From Syntrophaceae bacterium (GTDB lineage: Bacteria > Desulfobacterota > Syntrophia > Syntrophales > UBA2185): a stretch of 64,000 nucleotides of DNA. The notes under the pieces were generated by a model. That model was not told the DNA's origin, made no database searches, and worked only from the letters and a program-made list of their open reading frames with translations. Position 1 is the stretch's first letter. Each line of letters starts with the position of its first letter. Below are positions 39,228 through 47,057 of this stretch, in pieces. Location of the stretch: assembly GCA_003153775.1 (NCBI GenBank), contig PMBI01000050.1:127325-191324 (forward strand), read 5' to 3'. The position numbers were made by a program, and so were the translations under genes.

Positions 39228-40679
39228 ATGACGCTAAAGACGCCCGAACAATATGAAAATAGTCTGCGTAAGATGAATTTTAAGATCTACCTGATGGGTG
39301 AGCTGGTGGAAAATCCCGTGGACCATCCGATCATCAGGCCTTCGATGAATTCGGTAAAGATGACGTACGCCCTGGCCCAGGACTCCCAGCATGAAGATTT
39401 GATGACCGCTAAATCGCACCTCTCGGGAAAGAAGATCAACCGCTTCTGCCACCTGCACCGGAACACCGAGGATCTGATAAAGAAGGTGAAGATGCAGCGG
39501 CTTTTGGGACAGAAAACAGGGGCATGTTTTCAACGCTGCGTGGGTATGGATGCGATCAACGCCGTGGACAGCGTCACTTTCGAGATGGATAAGAAACTCG
39601 GCACCAAATATCATGAGCGGTTTATCAAGTTCCTCACGATGATGCAGGAAGAAGACCTGACGGTGGATGGCGCCATGACGGACCCCAAGGGTGACCGCAG
39701 CCTGACACCCGGCAAGCAGGCCGATCCGGACCTATTCACGCACGTGGTGGAAAGAAGAAAGGACGGCATCATCGTCCGAGGCGCGAAGGCCCACCAGACG
39801 GGGGCCCTCAACTCCCACTGGATTCTTGTTATGCCGACGATGACCATGACGAAAGAGGACAGCGATTATGCCCTTTCCTTTGTGGCGCCTGCGGACGCCG
39901 AAGGCATATTTTACATTTACGGCCGCCAGTCCTGCGACACGAGGAAACTCGAAGGCGGTGAGATCGACGTGGGCAACAAGGAATTCGGCGGCCACGAGGC
40001 CCTGATGGTCTTTGACAACCTGTTTGTCCCCTGGGAGAACGTGTTCATGTGCGGTGAATACGAATACAGCGGCGCCCTGGTGGAAAGGTTTGCCGGGTAT
40101 CACCGCCAGAGTTACGGCGGCTGCAAGGTAGGCGTGGGCGACGTGCTCATCGGCGCTGCGGCCCTGGCTGCCGATTACAACGGCGCGGCCAAGGCGTCCC
40201 ACATCAAGGACAAGCTCATCGAGATGATGCACCTCAACGAGACCCTCTACGCGTGCGGCATCGCCTGTTCGGCGGAAGGGCACCAGACCGCATCCGGGAA
40301 CTATCTGATTGATCTGCTCCTCGCCAATGTCTGCAAACAGAATGTCACGCGTCTCCCCTACGAGATCGCGAGACTTGCGGAGGATATCGCCGGGGGGTTG
40401 ATGGTCACCATGGCCTCGGAGCAGGACCTCCGCCACCCGGAGATCGGCAAGATAGTGGAAAAATATTTCAAAGGTATTGCGTCGGTTCCGACTGAACATC
40501 GCTGCCGCGTACTGCGGCTGATTGAGAATGTCACCCTCGGTACGGCGGCGGTGGGCTACCGGACGGAATCCATGCACGGCGCAGGCTCACCCCAGGCGCA
40601 GCGGATAATGATCTCACGCCAGGGAAACTTGGCGCACAAGAAGAAGCTGGCCAAAGAAATTGCCGGGATCAAGGACTGA
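39228..40679 (+). CDS. abfD: 4-hydroxybutyryl-CoA dehydratase/vinylacetyl-CoA delta-isomerase
   Basis: Near-colinear with clostridial AbfD as I recall it: KVKMQRLLGQKTGACFQRCVGMDAINAV, GAMTDPKGDR, ERFAGYHRQSYGGCKVGVGD and TESMHGAGSPQAQRIMI. Confidence 0.85.
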   Translation: MTLKTPEQYENSLRKMNFKIYLMGELVENPVDHPIIRPSMNSVKMTYALAQDSQHEDLMTAKSHLSGKKINRFCHLHRNTEDLIKKVKMQRLLGQKTGACFQRCVGMDAINAVDSVTFEMDKKLGTKYHERFIKFLTMMQEEDLTVDGAMTDPKGDRSLTPGKQADPDLFTHVVERRKDGIIVRGAKAHQTGALNSHWILVMPTMTMTKEDSDYALSFVAPADAEGIFYIYGRQSCDTRKLEGGEIDVGNKEFGGHEALMVFDNLFVPWENVFMCGEYEYSGALVERFAGYHRQSYGGCKVGVGDVLIGAAALAADYNGAAKASHIKDKLIEMMHLNETLYACGIACSAEGHQTASGNYLIDLLLANVCKQNVTRLPYEIARLAEDIAGGLMVTMASEQDLRHPEIGKIVEKYFKGIASVPTEHRCRVLRLIENVTLGTAAVGYRTESMHGAGSPQAQRIMISRQGNLAHKKKLAKEIAGIKD

Positions 40680-40710
40680 GCATGAATACAAGATGAAAAG
40701 AGAGAGGAAC

Positions 40711-41184
40711 ATGCCAAGCGAAGAGAAAGACTTACTGGAAGAGCCCCTGACGGGCTACAAGGAAAAAATAGTACCAATCACAAAGACAGCCCTGACCTGG
40801 AATAAGGATCTTATCTTTACGGGCACAACCCAGCAGGGATATGAGATAGAATTCGATGCCCATGCCCAATGGGGCTGCAAGCCGACAGAGGCGCTGCTTC
40901 TTAGTCTCGCCGGTTGCATGGGGATCGACATGCTAATGTTTTTACAGAAGATGAGGGTCCAGCTGACAAGCTTTAAGATGGAACTGGTGGGAGAGCGAAA
41001 TCCGACACCGCCGCAGTATTTCAAAGCCATTGAGATCGTCATGTATATAGGCGGAAAAAACCTTAATGCTCAAAAGGTTGATCGTGCCGTATCCTTATCC
41101 CACGATAAGTATTGTTCTGTCTATAACACCCTTCGCAAGGATTTGGACATGAAGGTGCGATACGTGCTCGAAGAATCAAAATAA
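40711..41184 (+). CDS. OsmC/Ohr-family protein
   Basis: PTEALLLSLAGCMGID and HDKYCSVYNTL, the two conserved Cys regions. Confidence 0.8.
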   Translation: MPSEEKDLLEEPLTGYKEKIVPITKTALTWNKDLIFTGTTQQGYEIEFDAHAQWGCKPTEALLLSLAGCMGIDMLMFLQKMRVQLTSFKMELVGERNPTPPQYFKAIEIVMYIGGKNLNAQKVDRAVSLSHDKYCSVYNTLRKDLDMKVRYVLEESK

Positions 41185-41282
41185 CGAATCACACTTCGCC
41201 AAGTGCAACGAGCGTAATGGCTGTCTTCACATTTATGCCTGTCATCAAGGATCTCTGCCAAAATGGAGCCTTGTTTAATAAA

Positions 41283-42332
41283 TTACACCCCATACAGCTT
41301 CGGACATCCCTGGCAGATTGGATGGGGCTTCGAATCTAAGGACGCTCGGAACGAGGCGTAGCCCTTATTTTGCCAGATGGCCAGAATCGACTCGTCCGTG
41401 ATATTACCGAAGGTAAGACGCTGATATATTTTTTCACAATCACCTGCCATGTGGGAAATTCCTGAGGCTGGGATGTTTGCAAAAGCGCATGGAGAGATGG
41501 TACCGTCTGCAGACACAAAAAGCGCTCTCTCGATGTTTTCTGTGCAGATCGGGCTTCTCTTTCCCGGCGGGACAAGTCGATAGCAGATATTTAGTCCCAC
41601 TCGTTCGCCCTCCTTCACCAGTCCTTCAAGCAGGCTTTTCAACTCGCCGTGCATGTTTTCATCTGAGGGCACAAGGATCTCTTCCCGCAGGTCTTTACTG
41701 GGCACGAAGTCAAGGGTACTCACAATCACCTGTTCTATCCCGTGGTCCTTGAATGCGTGGATAATCCTGTGGATGTCTCGAAGATATGAGCGGAGGAGCA
41801 AAAAGGCAATGTTGACCGTTGGCGTATCGACATGGCGAGCTCTTTTCTCGGCAGCAAGGTCGGTAATGGCCTGAAGAACCATTCTGTATTCTGTCTTCTT
41901 GCGCACGGTGTCGTTGTCCTCGCCTATACCCGCTAAAGAGAATGCAATATGGTCAATATCGCTCTCGACGAGCCTGCCGATGTTCTGGCGGTCGAGCAAC
42001 ATACCATTTGTTGTCGTACTTACCTTGCACCCGATCTTCTTCAGACGTGCGACCATCTCGAAGAAGTCCCCGTGCAGGAATGGCTCACCCCATCCCTGCA
42101 GATGAATCATCCTTGCCGTGGCGAAGAGGGGGAGCATCCTCTCGAACTTGTCAAGCGAAAGGTCTCTGTTGCTCCAGTTGGATCGGTATGCTGTTCTCGG
42201 GCAGTAGGTGCAGGCTGCATTGCACCGAGACGTGACTTCAACCTGTACCCAGTCGAGCCACGGCATCCGCTCAAATTCCCACCATCGAGCAAAATGATTG
42301 GCAATGGATTTTCGCAATACAGCCATCGTCAT
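41283..42332 (-). CDS. Radical SAM / SPASM-domain protein
   Basis: VEVTSRCNAACTYCPR (CxxxCxxC). C-terminal Cys clusters are ICTEN..SPCAF..CQGCPK. Confidence 0.8.
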   Translation of the reverse strand: MTMAVLRKSIANHFARWWEFERMPWLDWVQVEVTSRCNAACTYCPRTAYRSNWSNRDLSLDKFERMLPLFATARMIHLQGWGEPFLHGDFFEMVARLKKIGCKVSTTTNGMLLDRQNIGRLVESDIDHIAFSLAGIGEDNDTVRKKTEYRMVLQAITDLAAEKRARHVDTPTVNIAFLLLRSYLRDIHRIIHAFKDHGIEQVIVSTLDFVPSKDLREEILVPSDENMHGELKSLLEGLVKEGERVGLNICYRLVPPGKRSPICTENIERALFVSADGTISPCAFANIPASGISHMAGDCEKIYQRLTFGNITDESILAIWQNKGYASFRASLDSKPHPICQGCPKLYGV

Positions 42333-42549
42333 CTGCTACATCACTTCCTCAAAGACATTTTCTTATATATTGCTAACTGAAATGCTGCATAAATGATGGG
42401 CACTAAAAACGAGTTTCAGGAAGAAATCCGTGCATCCCTTTGGTGGTTGCAGGAATCAGCAGTGCGCGAAAGACGCGCCCCGTCATGGAAGCAGCAGATG
42501 GTTATCACTGAATCCTTGTCCCCCAGGCAGTGCATATGCCGAGATCGGC

Positions 42550-43281
42550 TCATTCGGGCCAGGACGGGTGAATCCGCCACGGGAGGAGCATGGGAACTTT
42601 CCGCTTATACTCCCCGTATGCTTCCCCGAAATCAGCAACCAGATCCCTTTCTTCAAGGAACGCGCCAAGACAGATCCATGTGGTCCAGAGGACATTGAAC
42701 AAGAGCCTGTCCAAGGTGAGATAGGGGTTCGACCAGATCATGAGAAGAACGAAAAAATACAGGGGATGCCGCACAAAGCGGTAGGGACCGCTGATGGTCA
42801 AAGGTATTTCTTTCGGTTTCTTCCCGCGGAGACGGTATTTTATTGCTCTGATGCCGTAAGGGTCGAAAAAGCCCAGGGCCTTCGTTCCCCAGTAAAAACC
42901 CACAAGAGACGCTGCAAAGATCACTCGCAGCAATAAGCGAAGCGCGCCTTTAGCTGTTGCCACCGTATTGGATGATACCTGCCAGAAGATTATAACTGCG
43001 AATAAAACGATGCCTGACAAGATCGCGTAGAACGCGCTGACGTATGCTTCCGTAATAAGCCGAGAGAAAAACCGGCGAAATGGCTTTCGTACCATTCCAC
43101 TGTGCTGAAGGAAAAAAACAATAGAAAGACAGAAATCAAAAAATAATGTCCCGCCTTCGTTTAGACCCAGCCTTGCCAAATGCAGCGATCCGACATAGCA
43201 GAATATCCCGAACATAACCAAAGAACCGCTGCCAAATATATATGCAATACAAATCACAATGTATGCTGGATACTTTTGCAT
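42550..43281 (-). CDS. ICMT/PEMT-like membrane methyltransferase family protein
   Basis: Polytopic, with SGPYRFVRHPLYFFVLLMIW and FLEERDLVADFGEAYGEYKRKVP. Confidence 0.65.
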   Translation of the reverse strand: MQKYPAYIVICIAYIFGSGSLVMFGIFCYVGSLHLARLGLNEGGTLFFDFCLSIVFFLQHSGMVRKPFRRFFSRLITEAYVSAFYAILSGIVLFAVIIFWQVSSNTVATAKGALRLLLRVIFAASLVGFYWGTKALGFFDPYGIRAIKYRLRGKKPKEIPLTISGPYRFVRHPLYFFVLLMIWSNPYLTLDRLLFNVLWTTWICLGAFLEERDLVADFGEAYGEYKRKVPMLLPWRIHPSWPE

Positions 43282-43414
43282 CAATTTTTCCCCATCAGAA
43301 ACTGCCCATAGCAAGGGATAGTAGTTGTTACAGTTGCTTTAAGCATTGAGAGCAACGGACAATTAGAATGTGTTTGCGCTATTTTTACTCCTCACCGAGG
43401 GGTCTTTTTACCGG

Positions 43415-43660
43415 TCAGGTGCCTCCGAAAATGGGGATGCCGCCGCGCAGCGAAATATCCCCGGCGAAACCGACCGTGACCTTGTTGCCTTCCACAATCA
43501 CGGGTACCTGCATCTTGCCGCCGGAATAGGTCAGCATTTCTTCCAATTTCTTCGGGTCCTCATGCACATTGATATATACGGCACTGTCGGCGTAGGCTGC
43601 CCGAGCCTGGTTACAGAAGGGTCAGATGTCCGTTCCGTAGATGATGATCTTCGCTTCCAT
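43415..43660 (-). CDS. Glutaredoxin-like protein with UxxC redox motif (predicted selenoprotein); not in the ORF track
   Basis: GGAGG RBS, then MEAKIIIYGTDI-U-PFCNQARAAYADSAVYINVHEDPKKLEEMLTYSGGKMQVPVIVEGNKVTVGF... The TGA at 43622..43624 replaces the first Cys of the CPxC motif. The gene lies 22 nt downstream of acr3. Confidence 0.7.
43584..43616 (-). promoter_or_regulatory. SECIS-like hairpin
   Basis: The RNA reads CUGU-AACC-AGGCU-CGGGC-AGCCU-ACGCCG-ACAG. The apical loop starts 19 nt after the UGA. Confidence 0.45.
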
Positions 43661-43682
43661 AAATCCTCCTGCGTATTGAATC

Positions 43683-44735
43683 TCAAACTTCCGCCGGAAA
43701 TAATTTCCTTTTAAATATAAGGGCCACATTAACAAGCATGATCATCACCGGCACTTCCACCAAGGGGCCGATTACTGCGGCAAAGGCCACGCCGGACGTA
43801 ATTCCGAAGACTGCGATCGCTACAGCAATAGCCAGCTCAAAGTTATTGCTGGCCGCCGTGAACGCTAAAGTGGTGGTCCGAGAATAATCCGCCCCCAGTT
43901 TCTTGCCCATAAGGAAGGACACAACGAACATGACAATAAAGTAGATTCCCAGGGGTATGGCGATGCGCAACACATCCAAGGGGATAGTAACGATCAAATT
44001 GCCCTTCAGGCTAAACATTACTACGATAGTAAAAAGAAGGGCAATCAGGGTAATCGGTCCAATTTTCGGCACAAAGTTTTTATGATATCTCTCCTTGCCC
44101 ACCAGTTTTAAGCCTAAAAATCTGGTCAATGCTCCGGCGATACAAGGAATGCCCAGGTAGATGAAGACGCTTTCAGCGATCTGGCGGATGCTCACTTCCA
44201 CGATACTTCCCGAAAGCCCGAAGAATGGCGGCAGAACGGTAATAAAAAACCAGGCATAGACACTGAAGAAAAGCACCTGAAAGACACTGTTAAAGGCCAC
44301 CAGGCCAGCAGCGTATTCTGTACTGCCCTTAGCCAGCTCATTCCACACGATCACCATGGCAATGCAGCGGGCCAGTCCGATCATAATTAGTCCAACCATA
44401 TATTCCGGCTTGTCCGGCAGGAAAACCATGGCCAGGATAAACATCAACACCGGTCCAATCAGCCAATTCTGCACAAGGGAAAGCGCCAGTACTTTCTTGT
44501 CGTGAAAGACTTCCGGCATCTCCTCGTACTTTACCTTGGCAAAAGGAGGATACATCATCAAGATGAGCCCGATGGCGATTGGAATGTTGGTGGTCCCAAC
44601 TTGAAACTGATTGATGAAGTGCTCCACTCCAGGCAAAAAGTATCCGAATCCAACACCCAGAGCCATAGCCGCAAAAATCCACACAGTTAAATAGCGGTCC
44701 AGGAATGATAACCTTTTCACAATACCCTCTGACAT
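43683..44735 (-). CDS. acr3: ACR3-family arsenite efflux transporter
   Basis: [44 protein letters not shown]. The start is at MSEGIV after GAGAGGA. Confidence 0.9.
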   Translation of the reverse strand: MSEGIVKRLSFLDRYLTVWIFAAMALGVGFGYFLPGVEHFINQFQVGTTNIPIAIGLILMMYPPFAKVKYEEMPEVFHDKKVLALSLVQNWLIGPVLMFILAMVFLPDKPEYMVGLIMIGLARCIAMVIVWNELAKGSTEYAAGLVAFNSVFQVLFFSVYAWFFITVLPPFFGLSGSIVEVSIRQIAESVFIYLGIPCIAGALTRFLGLKLVGKERYHKNFVPKIGPITLIALLFTIVVMFSLKGNLIVTIPLDVLRIAIPLGIYFIVMFVVSFLMGKKLGADYSRTTTLAFTAASNNFELAIAVAIAVFGITSGVAFAAVIGPLVEVPVMIMLVNVALIFKRKLFPAEV

Positions 44736-44760
44736 ATATCCATCCTCTCTCAACTGCCGG

Positions 44761-45183
44761 TTATAATTTAATGAATTCTCTTTCAATCCAGTTTTTGATT
44801 TCATCGCGGATCTCTCGAAAACCTGCCATGATTTCCTCTTCTGTCCCGGTCAAGGCCGAAGGATCCTCAAAGCTCCGGTGAAGGATTTTTTTGCCGGCTG
44901 CAAAATATGGACAGGCCTCCTTCGCATGATCACAGACGGTGACCACGCAGTCAAATTGCTGACCGAAAAATTCCTGAATACCTTTTGATCGATGGGCTCC
45001 CATATCGATGCCAATTTCACTCATCACCTTAACGGCATAAGGGCTCACATCTCCTGGCTCAGTACCGGCACTATAGACTTCATAGAGATCTCCATAAAGG
45101 GCACGCAGCAGACCTTCGGCCATCTGGGAACGGGCCGCATTATGGGTGCAGATGAACAGCACCCGTTTTTTATTTCCTGACAC
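44761..45183 (-). CDS. arsC: Arsenate reductase, LMW-PTPase (thioredoxin-coupled) type
   Basis: [17 protein letters not shown] and [13 protein letters not shown] (catalytic Cys plus the Cys82/Cys89 equivalents). GTG start. Confidence 0.85.
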   Translation of the reverse strand: MSGNKKRVLFICTHNAARSQMAEGLLRALYGDLYEVYSAGTEPGDVSPYAVKVMSEIGIDMGAHRSKGIQEFFGQQFDCVVTVCDHAKEACPYFAAGKKILHRSFEDPSALTGTEEEIMAGFREIRDEIKNWIEREFIKL

Positions 45184-45203
45184 CGTGATATTTCACTCCA
45201 CCG

Positions 45204-45443
45204 CTACTTCTCTTCTTCAATCCACTTCTTGATTTCACTGACTGACGGAAGCCTTCCGTATGACTTGACCTTCCCATTTATGACCAGTCCCGGCGTACTG
45301 AGTATACCGTAAGTCATCATCTGTTTCATATCGGTCACCTTGACAACCTCGGCGGCGCAGCCTGTCTCTTTAGCGGCACGTTTAGCCTCTTCGGCGAGCT
45401 TTTCACAGTTGCGGCAACCTGGTCCCAATATCTTAATCTCCAT
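45204..45443 (-). CDS. Thioredoxin-fold redox-active disulfide protein 2 family
   Basis: MEIKILGPGCRNCEKL..STPGLVINGK, preceded by GGAGG. Confidence 0.75.
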   Translation of the reverse strand: MEIKILGPGCRNCEKLAEEAKRAAKETGCAAEVVKVTDMKQMMTYGILSTPGLVINGKVKSYGRLPSVSEIKKWIEEEK

Positions 45444-45457
45444 AGACTTCCCTCCTC

Positions 45458-46408
45458 TCACATGATTGCGTTAAAAAGATAGCCCACCATAATTATGGCG
45501 ACCGTCAGAATGGCAGCAAATATAACCAGCAGCTTTACTTTTAAAACCTTTCTCAGGATGACCATTTCGGGAAATGAAATCGCCGTGACGGCCATCATGA
45601 AAGCCAGCACCGTCCCCAGAGGCATTCCCTTCCCCATCAGCGCCTGCACGATCGGGATTGTGCCCGCGGCATTCGAGTAAAGAGGTATTGCAATCAGGAC
45701 GGCGAGAGGAACTGCAAAGGGATTGTCCCGTCCTGCGTAGGTCGCCACAAAATCTATGGGCACATATCCGTGAATAACTGCGCCGACTCCGATTCCCAGA
45801 AGGACATACAGCGTTACCCGTTTTAGAATGTCCTGGGTATGAAAAGAGGCCAGTTGAAAGCGATCCCGCCAGGAAAGCTTCGGAATTTCCGCCTCGCCCA
45901 TCCTGAGTTCCCACACGTAATCTTCAACCATCTTTTCCACGGCAGGGATGCGTCCCAGGATGATGCCGGAGATGATGGCAACAGTCAGACCCGTTCCGAT
46001 ATAAATCAGGGCAATCTTTGCCCCGAAAAGCCCCCAGAGAAGCACCAGTGCCACTTCGTTGATCATCGGTGAGGCGATCAGAAAGGACAGTGTCACGCCG
46101 AGGGGGACGCCTGCCTCCAAAAAACCGATAAATACCGGTACTGCCGAGCAGGAACAAAAAGGTGTCACAATCCCCAAGAGTGAGGCCAGAATATTTCCGA
46201 CGAACTCAGCCTTCGTGGCAAGTATTTTTTTTACCTTCTCCGGCGGGAAGAAACTTCTGATGACTGATACGATAAAAATTATTGCGGTGAGCATCAGAAG
46301 AATCTTGATGGTATCGTAAATGAAAAAATTCACCGCGTCAGCAAGATGGGTCCCGTCTATAAGCTGAAATATGTCGTACGTCAGCCAGTCTGCAAAGGCT
46401 TTAATCAT
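45458..46408 (-). CDS. COG0701-type permease, ArsP-like
   Basis: Polytopic, with the TPFCSCSAVP motif. Pairing with the thioredoxin-fold protein under ArsR is a recurrent arrangement. Confidence 0.7.
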   Translation of the reverse strand: MIKAFADWLTYDIFQLIDGTHLADAVNFFIYDTIKILLMLTAIIFIVSVIRSFFPPEKVKKILATKAEFVGNILASLLGIVTPFCSCSAVPVFIGFLEAGVPLGVTLSFLIASPMINEVALVLLWGLFGAKIALIYIGTGLTVAIISGIILGRIPAVEKMVEDYVWELRMGEAEIPKLSWRDRFQLASFHTQDILKRVTLYVLLGIGVGAVIHGYVPIDFVATYAGRDNPFAVPLAVLIAIPLYSNAAGTIPIVQALMGKGMPLGTVLAFMMAVTAISFPEMVILRKVLKVKLLVIFAAILTVAIIMVGYLFNAIM

Positions 46409-46457
46409 TTGTTTTGTATGTTCTCCTGTATATTTCTATTGAGCAATATCACTGCGG

Positions 46458-46800
46458 CTACTTGCATATATCTTCACGCCTGATGGACTTGAGGTTTTTT
46501 ATAAGAAGCTGGACCTCCCGATCCTCTGTGATCCAGTGTTTCAGGTTTCCCAGGAGACTCGCGGCATAGGGGCTTTTGCTTCCATCCGTCAGATGGTAAT
46601 TCACCCAGAGACCGTCCTTCTTAAAACCGACGAGACCGGTATCTTCAAGGAACTTGAGATGCTTTGAGACGGTCGGCTGAGCGATGTCCAGAGCCGCCTG
46701 GATTTCGCACACACACATGGCCTTATGCTGCAACATTTTCAAGATCTTTACCCGGTTGGGGTCGGAAAGCGCCTTCATAACCTTTATAAAATCTTTCATG
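46458..46800 (-). CDS. arsR: ArsR/SmtB-family metalloregulator
   Basis: MKDFIKVMKALSDPNRVKILKMLQHKAMCVCEIQAALDIAQPTVSKHLKFL. The longer 155-aa ORF in the track would run over the promoter. Confidence 0.85.
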
Positions 46801-46813
46801 GCTATCCTCGCTT

Positions 46814-46859
46814 GTATATTGCTCGTCGGTAATATACTAACTCCGCCTATTGCTGTCAA
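46814..46859 (-). promoter_or_regulatory. ars operon promoter with an inverted-repeat operator candidate
   Basis: The minus strand reads TTGACA, 17 nt, TATATT. The inverted repeat GTATATT-10 nt-AATATAC overlaps the -10 box and the leader. GAGGA RBS. Confidence 0.5.
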
Positions 46860-46952
46860 GTTTTTTTCACATTTTAGTTCTGACAAGTCAATTCCCTGCG
46901 AGCCCGGCTGTTGAACCAATATCAAGACTGCATATACACTATTGATTTAGTT

Positions 46953-47033
46953 TTGAATTCGGTAGCCGGCGGATGACGAACGGTACTGTTCTTTAAGAAG
47001 AGAAGATTCTCCGCAGCTTGCTGCGGATAGCTT
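46953..47033 (+). repeat. Intergenic repeat element, copy A
   Basis: It contains ttgaattcggtagc and gcttgctgcggatagctt. The second block is part of the hairpin tccgcag-cttg-ctgcgga. An inverted copy lies at 49708..49755. Confidence 0.5.
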
Positions 47034-47057
47034 TAGTGCCGAGGCTTGCGGGAGTAT

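Noticed and set aside
43370-43714. 114-aa plus-strand ORF in the gap downstream of acr3.
   Set aside because: It is antisense to the much better supported UxxC glutaredoxin-like gene, which has an RBS, a fold-consistent sequence and an operon position.
46801-46925. N-terminal extension of the ArsR ORF (the 155-aa form in the track).
   Set aside because: The extension covers the TTGACA-17-TATATT promoter and the RBS. ArsR-family proteins normally start close to the MKDFIKV position.
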